DNA of 64,000 nucleotides, taken from positions 186,001 to 250,000 of the forward strand of contig CP060767.1 in assembly GCA_023205875.1 (NCBI GenBank), in the 5' to 3' direction. Made by a program: the position numbers and the translations under genes. Shown here piece after piece: positions 32,423 to 42,928 of the stretch. The notes below the pieces were generated by a model that saw nothing but the letters and a program-made list of their open reading frames with translations, made no database searches and had not been told where the DNA came from. Position 1 is the first letter of the stretch, and each line of letters starts with the position of its first letter. The stretch is from Chloropicon primus (taxonomy: Eukaryota).

Positions 32423-35400
32423 ATGGGGAGCGACGGCAGAAGGGTGAAGGATGTGGCGAGGGTGGCTCGCCCTGACGGGAGGGGGAACGACGGGGCGAGG
32501 CTAGGCGCGACGGTGGAACTCGCTCGCTTGTGCAGGGAAAGGTTGGACAGAGAGGAGTTCGGCGAGGTGGCCGGTGGTTCGAGGCAGGGGAGGGCAGGGG
32601 GCGTGGATACCTTGGAAGCTTTCGTGGACTGCGTGGCCCTTGGGGATCTCAAACAGGCGAACCTGGGAATCAAGTGTCTGTTGAGGGGGTACAGCCAGGC
32701 GACGTCGCGAGGCGCGAGGGGTTGCGTGGAGGTCCTGCTTCGCTGCTTGGAACGCAGGGTTGCTGCCCCGTCAGGAAGGGGGTGGGCCACCGCGCTCACG
32801 GGCAGGAGAGAGGAGGAGGACTCGGGGGGGTGCACGATCATGCCCATTGTCACGGCCGTCACCTTCTGCTACCTGTCGAGAGGCTGGATGCAAACGCACT
32901 CTTCTGGCGCCAGGGAAGGGAAACGACCGGGGTCTCAGCACGTGTTGCTTCGAGTGATGCGCTGCCTGGACGCCTGCCCTGGCCATCTGAAGGAGGAGGG
33001 TGAGGCCAGCGTCAGGCTTGCCGTGCAGATCATTTTGCAGAACGTCTCGAAGACTTTAGAAAAGATCGAGGGCGGTGTTGGTCTGGACGTGGACGGTGGC
33101 CAAGGAAACATGAAAGCGACAAAAGTATCGCGAGTCCTGACTCACCTCGTCCGCTTCCTGGCCCACGTCTTGGCCCAAGACGAAGTTGGGCGGAAGCGAG
33201 CACGCTACGACGCCCGAGCGGAGACTGCCTCGGCGGATTCCTTGGTTCTGTACTCACTTCAGCACCTCAAGTATTTGGTCTTATCAAAGCCGGGCGTGGC
33301 GTGGTTGAGAAAGTTGGCGTCAGATCTGCTCACAGGGATTTTCTTCCGTGCCCTGCCCTTGTGCCTGGACTCCTTCAACTACAGGCTCGTGGGAATATTT
33401 GACATCTTGCTGGACCTCGCCGAGGAGGAGGAGAGTCAGGGGCAGCTCGCGCATCTCTTGGTCAAATGGGCGGTGGCCAGGGCATTGCAAAGGAAGAGCC
33501 TCACGGGAATGTTGCCCCTGCTTTGCAGAGTCACTCGCTTGCTTCCCATTCCAGAGCTCTTCCTCGTGCTTCTGACCCAGGACAATGATAGCCTGTTCTC
33601 GCTGTATGGTCGCCGTTGCGGGGAGCTGGGCCGGAGACACTATCACGTTGAGATTTCTGCTCTCGTCTGTTTTGTGAACAGGCTGAAGACGGGAGAGGGG
33701 GCGACCACGCCCATGCCCTTGGAGTGGTCAGGGAGGAGCACGGGGATCTCTGGGGAGGCCCCAATCCAATCCTCCCACCCCCTGTCCAAGGTGATGCAGT
33801 GCCTGCTCGTTGCCCTCGGCGAGCGGAGTGCCGAGCAGGTTCTCTTGTACGCCAAAGACTTTGTGGAAATCGTCGTGAGCAACTCAAAGACGATGGATTT
33901 GGGAGAGAAACAGGTCGTCTTGTGCGTCACTCTCACTCTCCTGAGGCATCACGACTCGAATGTCAATCAAGTGGTCCTGGAAAGCTTGCCTGAAATCTGC
34001 AGCAACTTTCCCGGTTTCCAGGAAGCGTTCGCGATCTGCGCATTTCTGACCTTGAAGGACCTGCTTTCTTCTCCGGCGTCGGGAATGAGCGTCAAGAGCA
34101 TGGTTCATTTTATCCTCCAGTCCAAGAATTCTCCTGTCTTGCAACTGCTCACGAAGAGAGCTGTCCAAGTCATGACATCCGTTGACAAAAAATCTGGCTC
34201 CAGCCCCTTCCCCCGAGTCTACGTCAACGCGGTAGATTGCATCTGCCAGGCCGTGGAGGAGCAGGGCAATGACGCGCAGTGCGAGGACCTCTTGAAGGTA
34301 CTCTGCCAGACCCCCAAAGCTGGGACCTTGGAGTCAAGGGCCAACGCTGCGGTCGTCAGCAGACTGCTCAAAGCTTTTCCTCGCATTTGCATCGAGCACA
34401 TCGAGCAGCTAGAACACTTGCTGGAAGACAAGGATGACGTCGTGAAGTCGATAGGCATACGGACTGTGCACCATTTGACAGGCCTGGGCGTCTTCGAGAA
34501 GCGAAGTGCACTTAAAATCCTTGGCCGCAAGCTCGCTTCCGCTGGGGATCAATCGCTGCACGCCTGGCTGGATTTCCAGATGTTGTCTGTGTCAGAAGAG
34601 ATGCCCGTCGAGGACATGGAGGAGCTGCTGGCGCGGTTGGCAAATGTTAATCGAGAGGGCAGCCCTGAGTTGCAGAGGGCATTCTACAGTGTCTGCTCAG
34701 GTGGTTCACCGCAAATGCTCTTACACCTGAAGGAGCCGGAGTACCCCAACGTCGCCGAGAATTTCAATGACGCCGAAAAGTTTGTCGCCGCGCAAGTCGT
34801 GGAAGAGGTGAGGGTGCTCAGGCACAGGAAGTCCGTCAAAGCGGCCCCGCCCGACTCCCTTTGGGATGCGGTGAAGAGGCAGCTGCATTCGAGCGGCGAG
34901 AGCACCAATGCAGGGGAAGCAGCCGACTGGGGGGCCCGAATGATGTGGATGGCCTGCGACGCGAGCCCGTCTCAGCACGGAACAAACCACTCACTGGAGG
35001 AATTCAGGAGGGTGTACAAGCAGGTATCACCAGAGGTGGTTGTGTCCTCGAGGCTGTTCAATGCAGGCACCATGGCCAAGACGACCTGGCATGCCTTCTT
35101 ATCCTCATGGTTGCATGCTTCTGACGCGTCTGGTGATACGGTGGATCGAATCGAAGTTGTCTCCAAGGGCATTTTGTCCTGCCAGGGTGTCGACGAAGAG
35201 GTCAGGCACATAGCACTGTCCGCTCTAATCGGGGTTTCTGATTCTCTGGCCGACGAGCTGGCTTTCCAGATCGTTCCCTCGCTCGTGGAAAAGTTTGAAG
35301 ACCAAGGCTCATCCATGCAGACAAAGGAAATCTCATCCTTCTGCATGCGGCTTGCTATGCCAGGTGCGCCAGAGGCTCTTCGGGAGAAAATGAGGGAGGT

Positions 35401-36994
35401 CATCCCTCCAGAGGCCGAGGACGAGAACGTGAATCTGGTCCACGGTGTCCTGCAGAGGAGTGACAACAAAGGGGCCGAGGAACTCTTGAAAAAGCTGTTG
35501 CAAATGTGGAAGAATGGAAGCAAGGGCCTCCAGTCCATAGCGGCATGTGTCGGGAGTCTTGCTTTCTACCTCAACAGACCATATCCTCTTACCTCAGCGA
35601 TTGTTGACAAGAATCTCCCCTTGGATGCGAGACTCGGAGCCGCGATTGGTGCATGCAACGCCCTGGGGTGTTCCGGGCTCACGATGCCGCCAAGGCCTCC
35701 TGTTCCAGCGGTGGAGAGAATTCTTCTTCGCTCCGATGTCGTCAACCTCTTCGTGGCAGAACTTATATCAGACCCTTTTCTGAGCTCGACTTTGAAGTGG
35801 TTGGGTCAAATCGTCCTGTATTCCATGCAGAAGCTGGCAAAGAGGACCGAGCTGAGGAGTTCTGGGAAGAAGGAGTTTGACAAATACAGCTACATACAAC
35901 TGTGCATGAATCAAGTGGAGCTCTATCGCTTGGATCCAGGGAAGGAGGATTGCGCTGCCTGTGCCATCAGAGCACTCGCCGGTGTGCACGACACCAGTGT
36001 GCTGGACACGACAGAGTTTGTGTGCAGTTTGATTTGCAGCGAGGTCGGGCATAGCACTTCAAAGGTTTGCTTGCGAGCCTGCTTTGATCTGCTGGCTTCG
36101 CACAAGAATACCTTGGATTGCGTTGTCAGCCAGTCAATCAGTGCGGTTATAGACGTTTTCGACCAGGATCAGGACCTTGAGGACCTTGTGATGAAGTGCT
36201 TGCCAAGCATCCTGTCCATCTCGTCCGCTGAGGACGTGAACAAGTTGCTGAGCAAGGTTACGAACAAGGCAGACGTGACTGTATTCCAGGGAGTCGCGAC
36301 CTTCGTGGATGCCATCTCAGCCAAGAAGCCTCGGAGGTACAAATTGATGCGTGCATCCCTGGTCACCTTTGCGATCCACGCCTTGAGGGACCTCAGTCTT
36401 CCTACCTTGGGCTACCGGCAGCAGAGCGATGGTGACGCGTGGTCATGCATGAGCAACTGGATGGCCAAGTGGGAAGATTTGGATTACATCGAGGAGATTG
36501 CAACCCATATTGAGGACACGAAGAACTTTCTCATTACCTTATCAGGAAAGAAGCCCGCGTGCTCTGACGTGCTGTGCGTCTCCAAGTGGTTCTTGTCTAC
36601 CGAAGGCAACCGTTGGGTGCTCCCGCGTTTGTCTGGGGCAATCGCATCACTCATGGAATCTGGGGTGATCGATGTCAAGCAGTGGATGCTGGACATGTTT
36701 GAAGGCAGCCAGGCATCCTCCAGCAGCAGCCTCGCCCTCTTTGCCAGCGTCCTGCTTTTGCGGTCCAGCAAACTTTTCTCTGCAGCTGCCTTGTTTTGCG
36801 AGGACATCACCCCCCCGGATCTCCTGCCTTGGACCTTGCCAAAGACGCTGAAGGACTTACCTGCTTCTTTCTCTAAACTGTGGTCACACCGATTCCTCCA
36901 ATGGGTGAATGAAACGGAAATCGAGCTGACTGATGCACTCATCTCGATCAAGGAGCACCTGAGCCTCCAGTCCATCGAAACTTTTCTTGTATAG
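32423..36994 (+). CDS. Large alpha-solenoid (ARM/HEAT-like) protein, possibly a divergent RST1/focadhesin homologue
   Basis: 1523-aa uninterrupted L/V/A/S-rich helical ORF. Segments such as SIGIRTVHHLTGLGVF..ALKILGRKL and ARLGAAIGACNALG loosely recall focadhesin/RST1. The CDS itself is solid; the family call is tentative. Confidence 0.6.
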   Translation: MGSDGRRVKDVARVARPDGRGNDGARLGATVELARLCRERLDREEFGEVAGGSRQGRAGGVDTLEAFVDCVALGDLKQANLGIKCLLRGYSQATSRGARGCVEVLLRCLERRVAAPSGRGWATALTGRREEEDSGGCTIMPIVTAVTFCYLSRGWMQTHSSGAREGKRPGSQHVLLRVMRCLDACPGHLKEEGEASVRLAVQIILQNVSKTLEKIEGGVGLDVDGGQGNMKATKVSRVLTHLVRFLAHVLAQDEVGRKRARYDARAETASADSLVLYSLQHLKYLVLSKPGVAWLRKLASDLLTGIFFRALPLCLDSFNYRLVGIFDILLDLAEEEESQGQLAHLLVKWAVARALQRKSLTGMLPLLCRVTRLLPIPELFLVLLTQDNDSLFSLYGRRCGELGRRHYHVEISALVCFVNRLKTGEGATTPMPLEWSGRSTGISGEAPIQSSHPLSKVMQCLLVALGERSAEQVLLYAKDFVEIVVSNSKTMDLGEKQVVLCVTLTLLRHHDSNVNQVVLESLPEICSNFPGFQEAFAICAFLTLKDLLSSPASGMSVKSMVHFILQSKNSPVLQLLTKRAVQVMTSVDKKSGSSPFPRVYVNAVDCICQAVEEQGNDAQCEDLLKVLCQTPKAGTLESRANAAVVSRLLKAFPRICIEHIEQLEHLLEDKDDVVKSIGIRTVHHLTGLGVFEKRSALKILGRKLASAGDQSLHAWLDFQMLSVSEEMPVEDMEELLARLANVNREGSPELQRAFYSVCSGGSPQMLLHLKEPEYPNVAENFNDAEKFVAAQVVEEVRVLRHRKSVKAAPPDSLWDAVKRQLHSSGESTNAGEAADWGARMMWMACDASPSQHGTNHSLEEFRRVYKQVSPEVVVSSRLFNAGTMAKTTWHAFLSSWLHASDASGDTVDRIEVVSKGILSCQGVDEEVRHIALSALIGVSDSLADELAFQIVPSLVEKFEDQGSSMQTKEISSFCMRLAMPGAPEALREKMREVIPPEAEDENVNLVHGVLQRSDNKGAEELLKKLLQMWKNGSKGLQSIAACVGSLAFYLNRPYPLTSAIVDKNLPLDARLGAAIGACNALGCSGLTMPPRPPVPAVERILLRSDVVNLFVAELISDPFLSSTLKWLGQIVLYSMQKLAKRTELRSSGKKEFDKYSYIQLCMNQVELYRLDPGKEDCAACAIRALAGVHDTSVLDTTEFVCSLICSEVGHSTSKVCLRACFDLLASHKNTLDCVVSQSISAVIDVFDQDQDLEDLVMKCLPSILSISSAEDVNKLLSKVTNKADVTVFQGVATFVDAISAKKPRRYKLMRASLVTFAIHALRDLSLPTLGYRQQSDGDAWSCMSNWMAKWEDLDYIEEIATHIEDTKNFLITLSGKKPACSDVLCVSKWFLSTEGNRWVLPRLSGAIASLMESGVIDVKQWMLDMFEGSQASSSSSLALFASVLLLRSSKLFSAAALFCEDITPPDLLPWTLPKTLKDLPASFSKLWSHRFLQWVNETEIELTDALISIKEHLSLQSIETFLV

Positions 36995-37054
36995 AAGTAA
37001 AAGTAAGACCAAGAAGTGTATTATCATTGAGCATGTATAATGATGAAGACAGGC

Positions 37055-37367
37055 CTAGTAGTCTTCCTCCGGTCCTTGATTCTTTTCGATCCAGTCGCGG
37101 ATGTCCTGGTCACCCGCCATCCGTTTGCATTGCAATGGGTTCCAAGGGCAAGGCGGTTCCTGGCTTCGAACCCACTGCAGAACGTCAAGGTGACCTCTGT
37201 AAGCTGCCCCTTCACAAATCCTCCAGTCCCAAGGGCAAGGCGGATCCTGGCTTCGAAGCCACTTGTTCGAAAGAGCAAGAGAACACGAAGCTGCTTCCAC
37301 CTCTCGCGTCTCCTTTCGTCCCCGTGTCCCCTCCTTCGTCTTCTTCCTCGTCTTCTCTCGAGTCCCC
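37055..37367 (-). pseudogene. Internally deleted copy of the ankyrin-like gene family: the 103-bp leader is fused directly to the last repeats
   Basis: On the minus strand the leader (37367-37265) is followed by KWLRSQDPPCPWDWRICEGAAYRGHLDVLQWVRSQEPPCPWNPLQCKRMA..DWIEKNQGPEEDY*. There is no start ATG and no F-box region. Confidence 0.85.
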
Positions 37368-37553
37368 CTCGTCCGTTATTTTCAAGCGGAGAGGAGAGAT
37401 GGTGATTGGCGGGAGAGAACGAGAGGAGTGTGATATGAGGAAACGATCGAAGTGAAGAGCTTGAACCAAGTCCCAACAAGATTATATTAAAGTCATCTCT
37501 TAGATTGATGATAGATTGATGATTGAGGAGCTATCCCCCTCTCACGTTGTCGT

Positions 37554-40500
37554 TCAAAGGTTAAGCTGCTGCCTTGTTTTGATGATGCGCTTGAGCGCTG
37601 TCAGCCAGACACCACACTCATCAAAGTCACTGGTTGTCAAGCTGATATGGATCTTACTGGCCGTGGCAAAGTCACGACCGGCAAGTGCCTTTGCAATTTC
37701 TTGCAAAGCAGATTTGACGCTGGGCTTCACGTCACCGTTGTTGAGCTTCCAGAAAAGGATGCCAATCCTCCGGGAGTTGTCCTGCACCTCCCTTTTCTTG
37801 CCAGGGTTCCCCTCCAGCGCCCGGGCACAAACTTGGTAGCTCTCCTTCAACACAGCCACCGCAGATTGCAACTGCTGGTCCACCTTGCTCACGTCAGCAG
37901 TTTCGATGCTGATGTTTGGTGGCGGCGATGCCGGGGCCGGGGCAGCTGGCGGCGGCGACGCTGGTGTAGCAGCCGCCTGTGCAGCTTGAGGTGGCACAAA
38001 CTGGGTAGGTGCTGGAGCTGGGGCTGCTGCAGCAGCTGGAGGTGCAACGGGGTTGAACAGCTGGGGTTGCTGAGGTTGCTGGTAAGCCTGCTGAGGTTGC
38101 TGGTAAGCCTGCTCGGCTCCAGCTCCGTAGCTCGCTTGAACAGCACCTCCCGCATTGTAATCGCTGTAACTTGCCTGCTGGGTTTGCTGAGGTTGCTGGT
38201 ATTGACCATATCCCCCTGTTGCGTTGGCCTGGCCATACGCTCCTGCGCTTCCCTGACTGTAACCTCCTGTGGCCCCCTGACTGTAGCCTCCTCCACCTCC
38301 TTGGCCGTACGCCCCTCCACTTGCTTGTCCATACTGCTGTTGTTGGCTGTAAGCCCCTTCGCTTCCTCCGTAATAGCCTGCGTTTCCACCACCGTTGTAG
38401 TTGTTATAATCATAGCTCTGTCCAGAGGAGGCATTCTGCTGAGACTCTTGAGACCCATATCCTGCACCCGTATCGTAACTCGTCGCCTGCGACTGTGACG
38501 CAGCTTGCGTCGCCGAGGCTTGCAGCCTCTCCAAGAGAATAGTGTCTGATGGCTCTCCTGGAACCCCGCCGAGGAAGCTCAGGGCCACGTCAATCTGTCC
38601 ATTGGATGCCAACAGGTCAGCGTACATGCTGAGAAGGTCCCCGTAGGCTTGGCTGGCCTGCTGCTCTGTGGCCAGGGACAGCACGATCGCCTTCTCCATG
38701 ACTGTGTGCAGCTGGGCCTTGTCCTGGGAGAGGTCAATGCTCTGAGACCAGAGTCTGACGGCATTGTCCAAATTGCCGGCGCAGATGTAACAGAGCACCG
38801 CAGAGTCGATGTCTCCTCCTCTCGTCAACAGCAAGTCTCCGAGGTTGCTGCAAAGATCAGGCCAGTCCTCCGACTGGGCGTAGGTGCACAAGAGGGCCAA
38901 GGTCTCCCTCCACGCTTGGGGGTGCTGCTGCTGGACGAGAGCCTTGAGGTCGTTCTCCATAATCGAGAGCAAAACCTTCATGTATCCCTTCGAGTTCTTG
39001 GAGAGATACGCCTTCTGGGTTTTGGCCCAAAGGTCAGCACCCCCAACAGAGGCGATCATAAGAGCATCGGCCATCTTGTCGGCCTTGAGGCAAACATTGA
39101 CAGCCTCACCGTAATTGCCAACGAACAAGGCGTGCTTGATCTCCCTATCAATGTCATCCAGCTCTTCCCCTGCGACTTGCTCGGTTTCCTCCGGCTTGCT
39201 CTCCTCTGGAGAAGCAGCAGCAGCCTCTTCCTTCTTCGGGGCTGGGGAAGGCAAGGGGGACGGCACGCCCTGCAAGTTATCAAAGAAGTCCTCGTCATTA
39301 AAGGCTTCCGGCTGAGCCAATTGTTGGTTGATCTCGTCCAAGTTTCCATCCAAGGACAAGTTCCCGGCAGGGTTGACCAAGCCGTTGGCATCCGCTTGCT
39401 CGGCTGGGGCCTCTTCCTCCTCTGTTTGGGGCTTGTAACCCAAATGCTCGAGCAATTGCTTCCTCGTGTCCCCTTCGAACAAAATTTTCATGAATTCCCA
39501 GAGCTCCTTCTCCTGTGTTGAGGCGCTGGCGTCCCCCTTCTTCTGGCAGAAGGACAGCATGGCGTCCTTGCTCGAGTCCGCCGCCAACTGCGTCAGCTCG
39601 CTGGCGTAGTTCGCCAACGAGTCGTCCCCTGGGACAGAGGAAATCCTCACAGTCGAGCTCTTCGAGGTCGTTGCTGGGGCCTGCTGCTGGTTCGCGCCCC
39701 CAGCTTGCTGCACGGGGTTCTTACTAAAGGAAATCACCTTGCCTCCAAAGCCAAAAGCAGCGCCGCAAGGCCTTCCCATCCAGTTCGGGGCCCTCTTGGC
39801 GACGGCCAGGTTGAGAGCGCCCCCGGCGCTCTGTTGTTGCTGCCCGCTAAAGTCGAACTCCCCTCCGCTGGCACTCTCCTGGGGCTGGCCTGCTCCCATG
39901 CCCTGCACCACGTCGTAGACGGACACGACTCCGTCAAAGCTGGCGGTCGCGAACCACCCGGGCACGGTGGGGCACCACTGGGCATCGAAATTCCAGTTCT
40001 GAGACCTTGGCATCTCGCTCAGCACCTCACCGGCGTAAGCATCCCAGAGCAACGTCCTATTGTCCTTGCCCGTACTCAGGAGCAGGGAGGGGTCGAGATC
40101 AGACCAAGCCAGGCTCAGCACGCCCTTGTCATGGCCCTTGAACTCCCTGCACGGGGAGATGGAGTTCCTCAGATCCCAAACCTGCAAGGTAGGGAACCTG
40201 TCGTCGTCCGAGGCAACGATGAGCTGCGTGGCTATCTCCGGGTGCCACTGCAGCGCCGAGCACCTCTTTCCCACGTTCCCCCCGCTAGAATCGCTAAAAG
40301 ATATCACCTGCCTCTGCCTCTTGAGGTCCCACACGATGGTGCTGCCACTGGACGTCGTGCTCGCCAGAATGTGTTGGACCTTGTGGTTCCAGCTCAAGGC
40401 CGTGATCTCTCCCTTCTGCATGCCAGAGTCCTTCAACGCGGGGAACAGGCTCGGCTTTGTGGGGTTGGCGACGTCCCAAATGCAAACGTCGCCGTCCTCC

Positions 40501-41017
40501 CCTCCGCTGGCGAGGAGGTTGCCGCTAAAGGGGTTGAATTGAAGGCCCTTCACAGCTCCCTTGTGCTTCTTCAGCGGGCAGATCAAGGCAGACTCCGCGT
40601 CCTCCGCGGAAAAGAGCTTGTCCGGGTTGAACAGGTTGACGCTCCCGTCCACAAGGCCGCCCGCTATGACGCCGAGGGGGTATTCGGACTCCGCTCCCGG
40701 GAGAGCGCCCCACACAAGCCTATGGAACCTCTCGTGCGACTCCGCCTCTACACCATTCTTCTGCAAGACGTTCGCCTGCCCCCCACCCGTCGACGGATTC
40801 AGCGAGAAGAGCTCCACTGTTGCCGTCGTGGAGAAGCTCATGTCAAAGGCACCAGCGACCGTTCCCGCGGCAAGCTGGCCCATGGCACCTCCTGCAACGA
40901 CAATGACGACGAAGAAGGAAAACACACAAACACACACAAAAAACAGAAACAAGGGCGTCAGCACAGCGATCGATCATCGGGGTGACACGACACGACAAAA
41001 CATGGCACGAAACGAGA

Positions 41018-41060
<43 letters not shown>

Positions 41061-41201
41061 TGAGCTCTTGTCTCTGGAAAGGAAAAAAGAAACCCACTTT
41101 CGAGTGAGCAAAACGTTTTGCTTACCTTCCTTGGCACATGCTTTGGGGCAGAATGCAAAGGTGGCACTCCTCTCCACGCGTCCAAGTGGCGCCGGTGTCA
41201 T
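37554..41201 (-). CDS. SEC31: COPII outer coat protein SEC31, 2 exons
   Basis: Exon 1 (41201-41126: MTPAPLGRVERSATFAFCP) joins exon 2 (40891-37554: LAAGTVAGAFDMSFS, WD40 repeats with WNHKVQHILAS..WDLKRQRQ and LQVWDLRNS, APNWMGRPCGAAFGFGGK, WRETLALLCTYA, a P/Q/G-rich linker and a C-terminal helical domain). Confidence 0.95.
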
Positions 41202-41292
41202 GATGGTCGTTCCTCTCGCGCTCTCTCCTGGTCCAACACGCCTCAAGGCTCTCTTGAGGACCAAAAAAAGAAACAAAAAGAAAAAGAAATCA

Positions 41293-41605
41293 GATTCCTT
41301 GTTCAGTTCCTCAATTCTCCATCCCGGCGTCCTTTCTTTCGAGCGACGGCTCTTTCGAAAGAGGAAGGGACGAAGACTCCGCCTACGTCGCTCCCCTCCC
41401 CTCCCCTCCCCTCCCTCGCCACCCAAACACGCCTGTCCGTCCGTCCTTGCTCGACGAAAGGAACCGATTCTGGCGTTCATGAACCTCAATTCTCCAGCCC
41501 GTCGTCATTTCTTTCAAGCGACGGGTCTTTCGAAAGAGGAAGACAAGAATCTTCCGCCTCCATCACTCCCCTCCACTCCCCTCCCCTCCCTCGTCGCCCA
41601 AACTC
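41293..41605. repeat. Direct tandem duplication with a 175-bp period, upstream of SEC31
   Basis: CCTCAATTCTCCA..CGTC..TTCTTTC(G/A)AGCGACGG(C/G)TCTTTCGAAAGAGGAAG..CCCAAAC occurs at 41309 and 41484. Confidence 0.85.
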
Positions 41606-42189
41606 ACCTCTCTCTCCCTCTCTCCTTCAAGAAAGCGATCGATCGATCGATCGTTTTAGGGTTCAGGAAAGCGATCATCTTCATCTGAGGAGACGGCGGA
41701 ATCGATCGATCGCGATCGCGAGTGGCGAGGGTTCGACTCGAGTTTGTGGACGACACGGCGAGAACGAGGGCAAGGGGATACTATAAAACGAAAGAGGACA
41801 CCGAGACCTTTCCGTGAAGGTGTCATTTGCCCCTCATCGACGGGACGCGTTGTGGATCCCAACACAAGCAAGGGAGGAAGCGAGCGAGCGTAGGCGTAGG
41901 CTTGAGCACGGAGCGTCGGTGGAGCGGAGCGGATCGGCATTGGAGAGGAAGCGGGTTCGAATCTCGCGTGACGACAGGCCTCTGCCGCTGACGCCTTCGT
42001 TCACTTCAGGACTCGACGCCTTCGTTCGAGGAGGATGAAGCTGATGAAGTTGTTGAAACTGATGAAGTTGAAGCTGATGAAGAAGATGTCGTAAAGCGAG
42101 AGGGCGAGGTCATCGAGGAGAGCAAAAGGTTTCAAGGGTTTTCTCCATCAGCGCATTTCATTCATTCGCCGTCGCCGTCGCCGTCGTGT

Positions 42190-42219
42190 GAATCGAATCG
42201 AATCGAATCGAATCGAATC
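42190..42219. repeat. (GAATC)6 microsatellite
   Basis: GAATC is repeated six times about 75 bp upstream of the TFIIA-gamma ATG. Confidence 0.9.
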
Positions 42220-42292
42220 CCAAAGCTAAGCCTAAGTTTTGGGTGAGAGGAGTCTGGTGGACGACTCGCTCGTTGTTGACTCTGGGTTAGCC

Positions 42293-42745
42293 ATGGCAGG
42301 TGTACAATACAGAACGAGCAAGATTGGTGAGGCACTGATAGATGCACTGGATGGCTTCGTGGCGGACGGAAGGCTCGAGGCAGCGCAGGCGAACTTGATC
42401 TTGGAGCAGTTCGACAAGTCCACAGGAAAATATCTGGCGAGCAGCACCGTCAAGGCCATGCTCAAGGGGGATCTGCACACGTACAGGTAAGCGAGCGTGG
42501 CCTGCGAGCGCCAGTCTCTCTCCTTTTTTTAATTAATCGTCCCTCTTTCGGGGTTCTGACTCGACTCGGTTGCCTCGCCCAGGTCGTTTGACGAGATCTA
42601 CACGCTGCTCGTGAAGGACTGCGAGATCAAACTGCACACCGCGAGGAGGGACGCTCGGGACCAAACGGGGAGCCAGGTGACTCTCAAGGCTGATATGGTG
42701 AAGTTGATATGCCAGGACGCTAAAATAGGGCAGAGGCCATCGTGA
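42293..42745 (+). CDS. TFIIA-S: Transcription initiation factor IIA gamma (small) subunit, divergent, 2 exons
   Basis: Exons 42293-42486 (YRTSKIGEALIDALD..ILEQFDKS..KGDLHTYR) and 42583-42745 (SFDEIYTLLVKD..DMVKLICQD) match the TFIIA-gamma pattern YR..G..L...LD..L.QFDK..G.L.TYR..VKIVACD. Confidence 0.85.
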
Positions 42746-42772
42746 GGGCGAAGAATATGTACCACACGGTTT

Positions 42773-42815
<43 letters not shown>

Positions 42816-42928
42816 CCGACTTGGAGGGAGAGAACTGCTTCGCCGAACTCGGCGCCGAGTGCGTGTCGAAAGTGAAGAGTTTTCAGTTACAATCAATCCT
42901 GGTACTTGTTTATATATTTTTGACCTCC

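Noticed and set aside
30023..37367. Autonomous TIR (Mutator-like) transposon
   Set aside because: There is no transposase inside, no target-site duplication at the ends, and the enclosed HD and ARM genes look like ordinary intact host genes. Kept only as an inverted-repeat finding.
41912..41975. tRNA gene
   Set aside because: The T-arm is good, but the acceptor stem pairs at only 5 of 7 positions and there is no anticodon arm. No convincing permuted 5' half lies downstream.
42010..42250. Acidic reading frame DSTPSFEEDEADEVVETDEVEADEED after a CAG acceptor-like site
   Set aside because: No start codon or upstream exon could be linked, and it runs into a microsatellite and a stop. It is likely low-complexity UTR or intergenic sequence.
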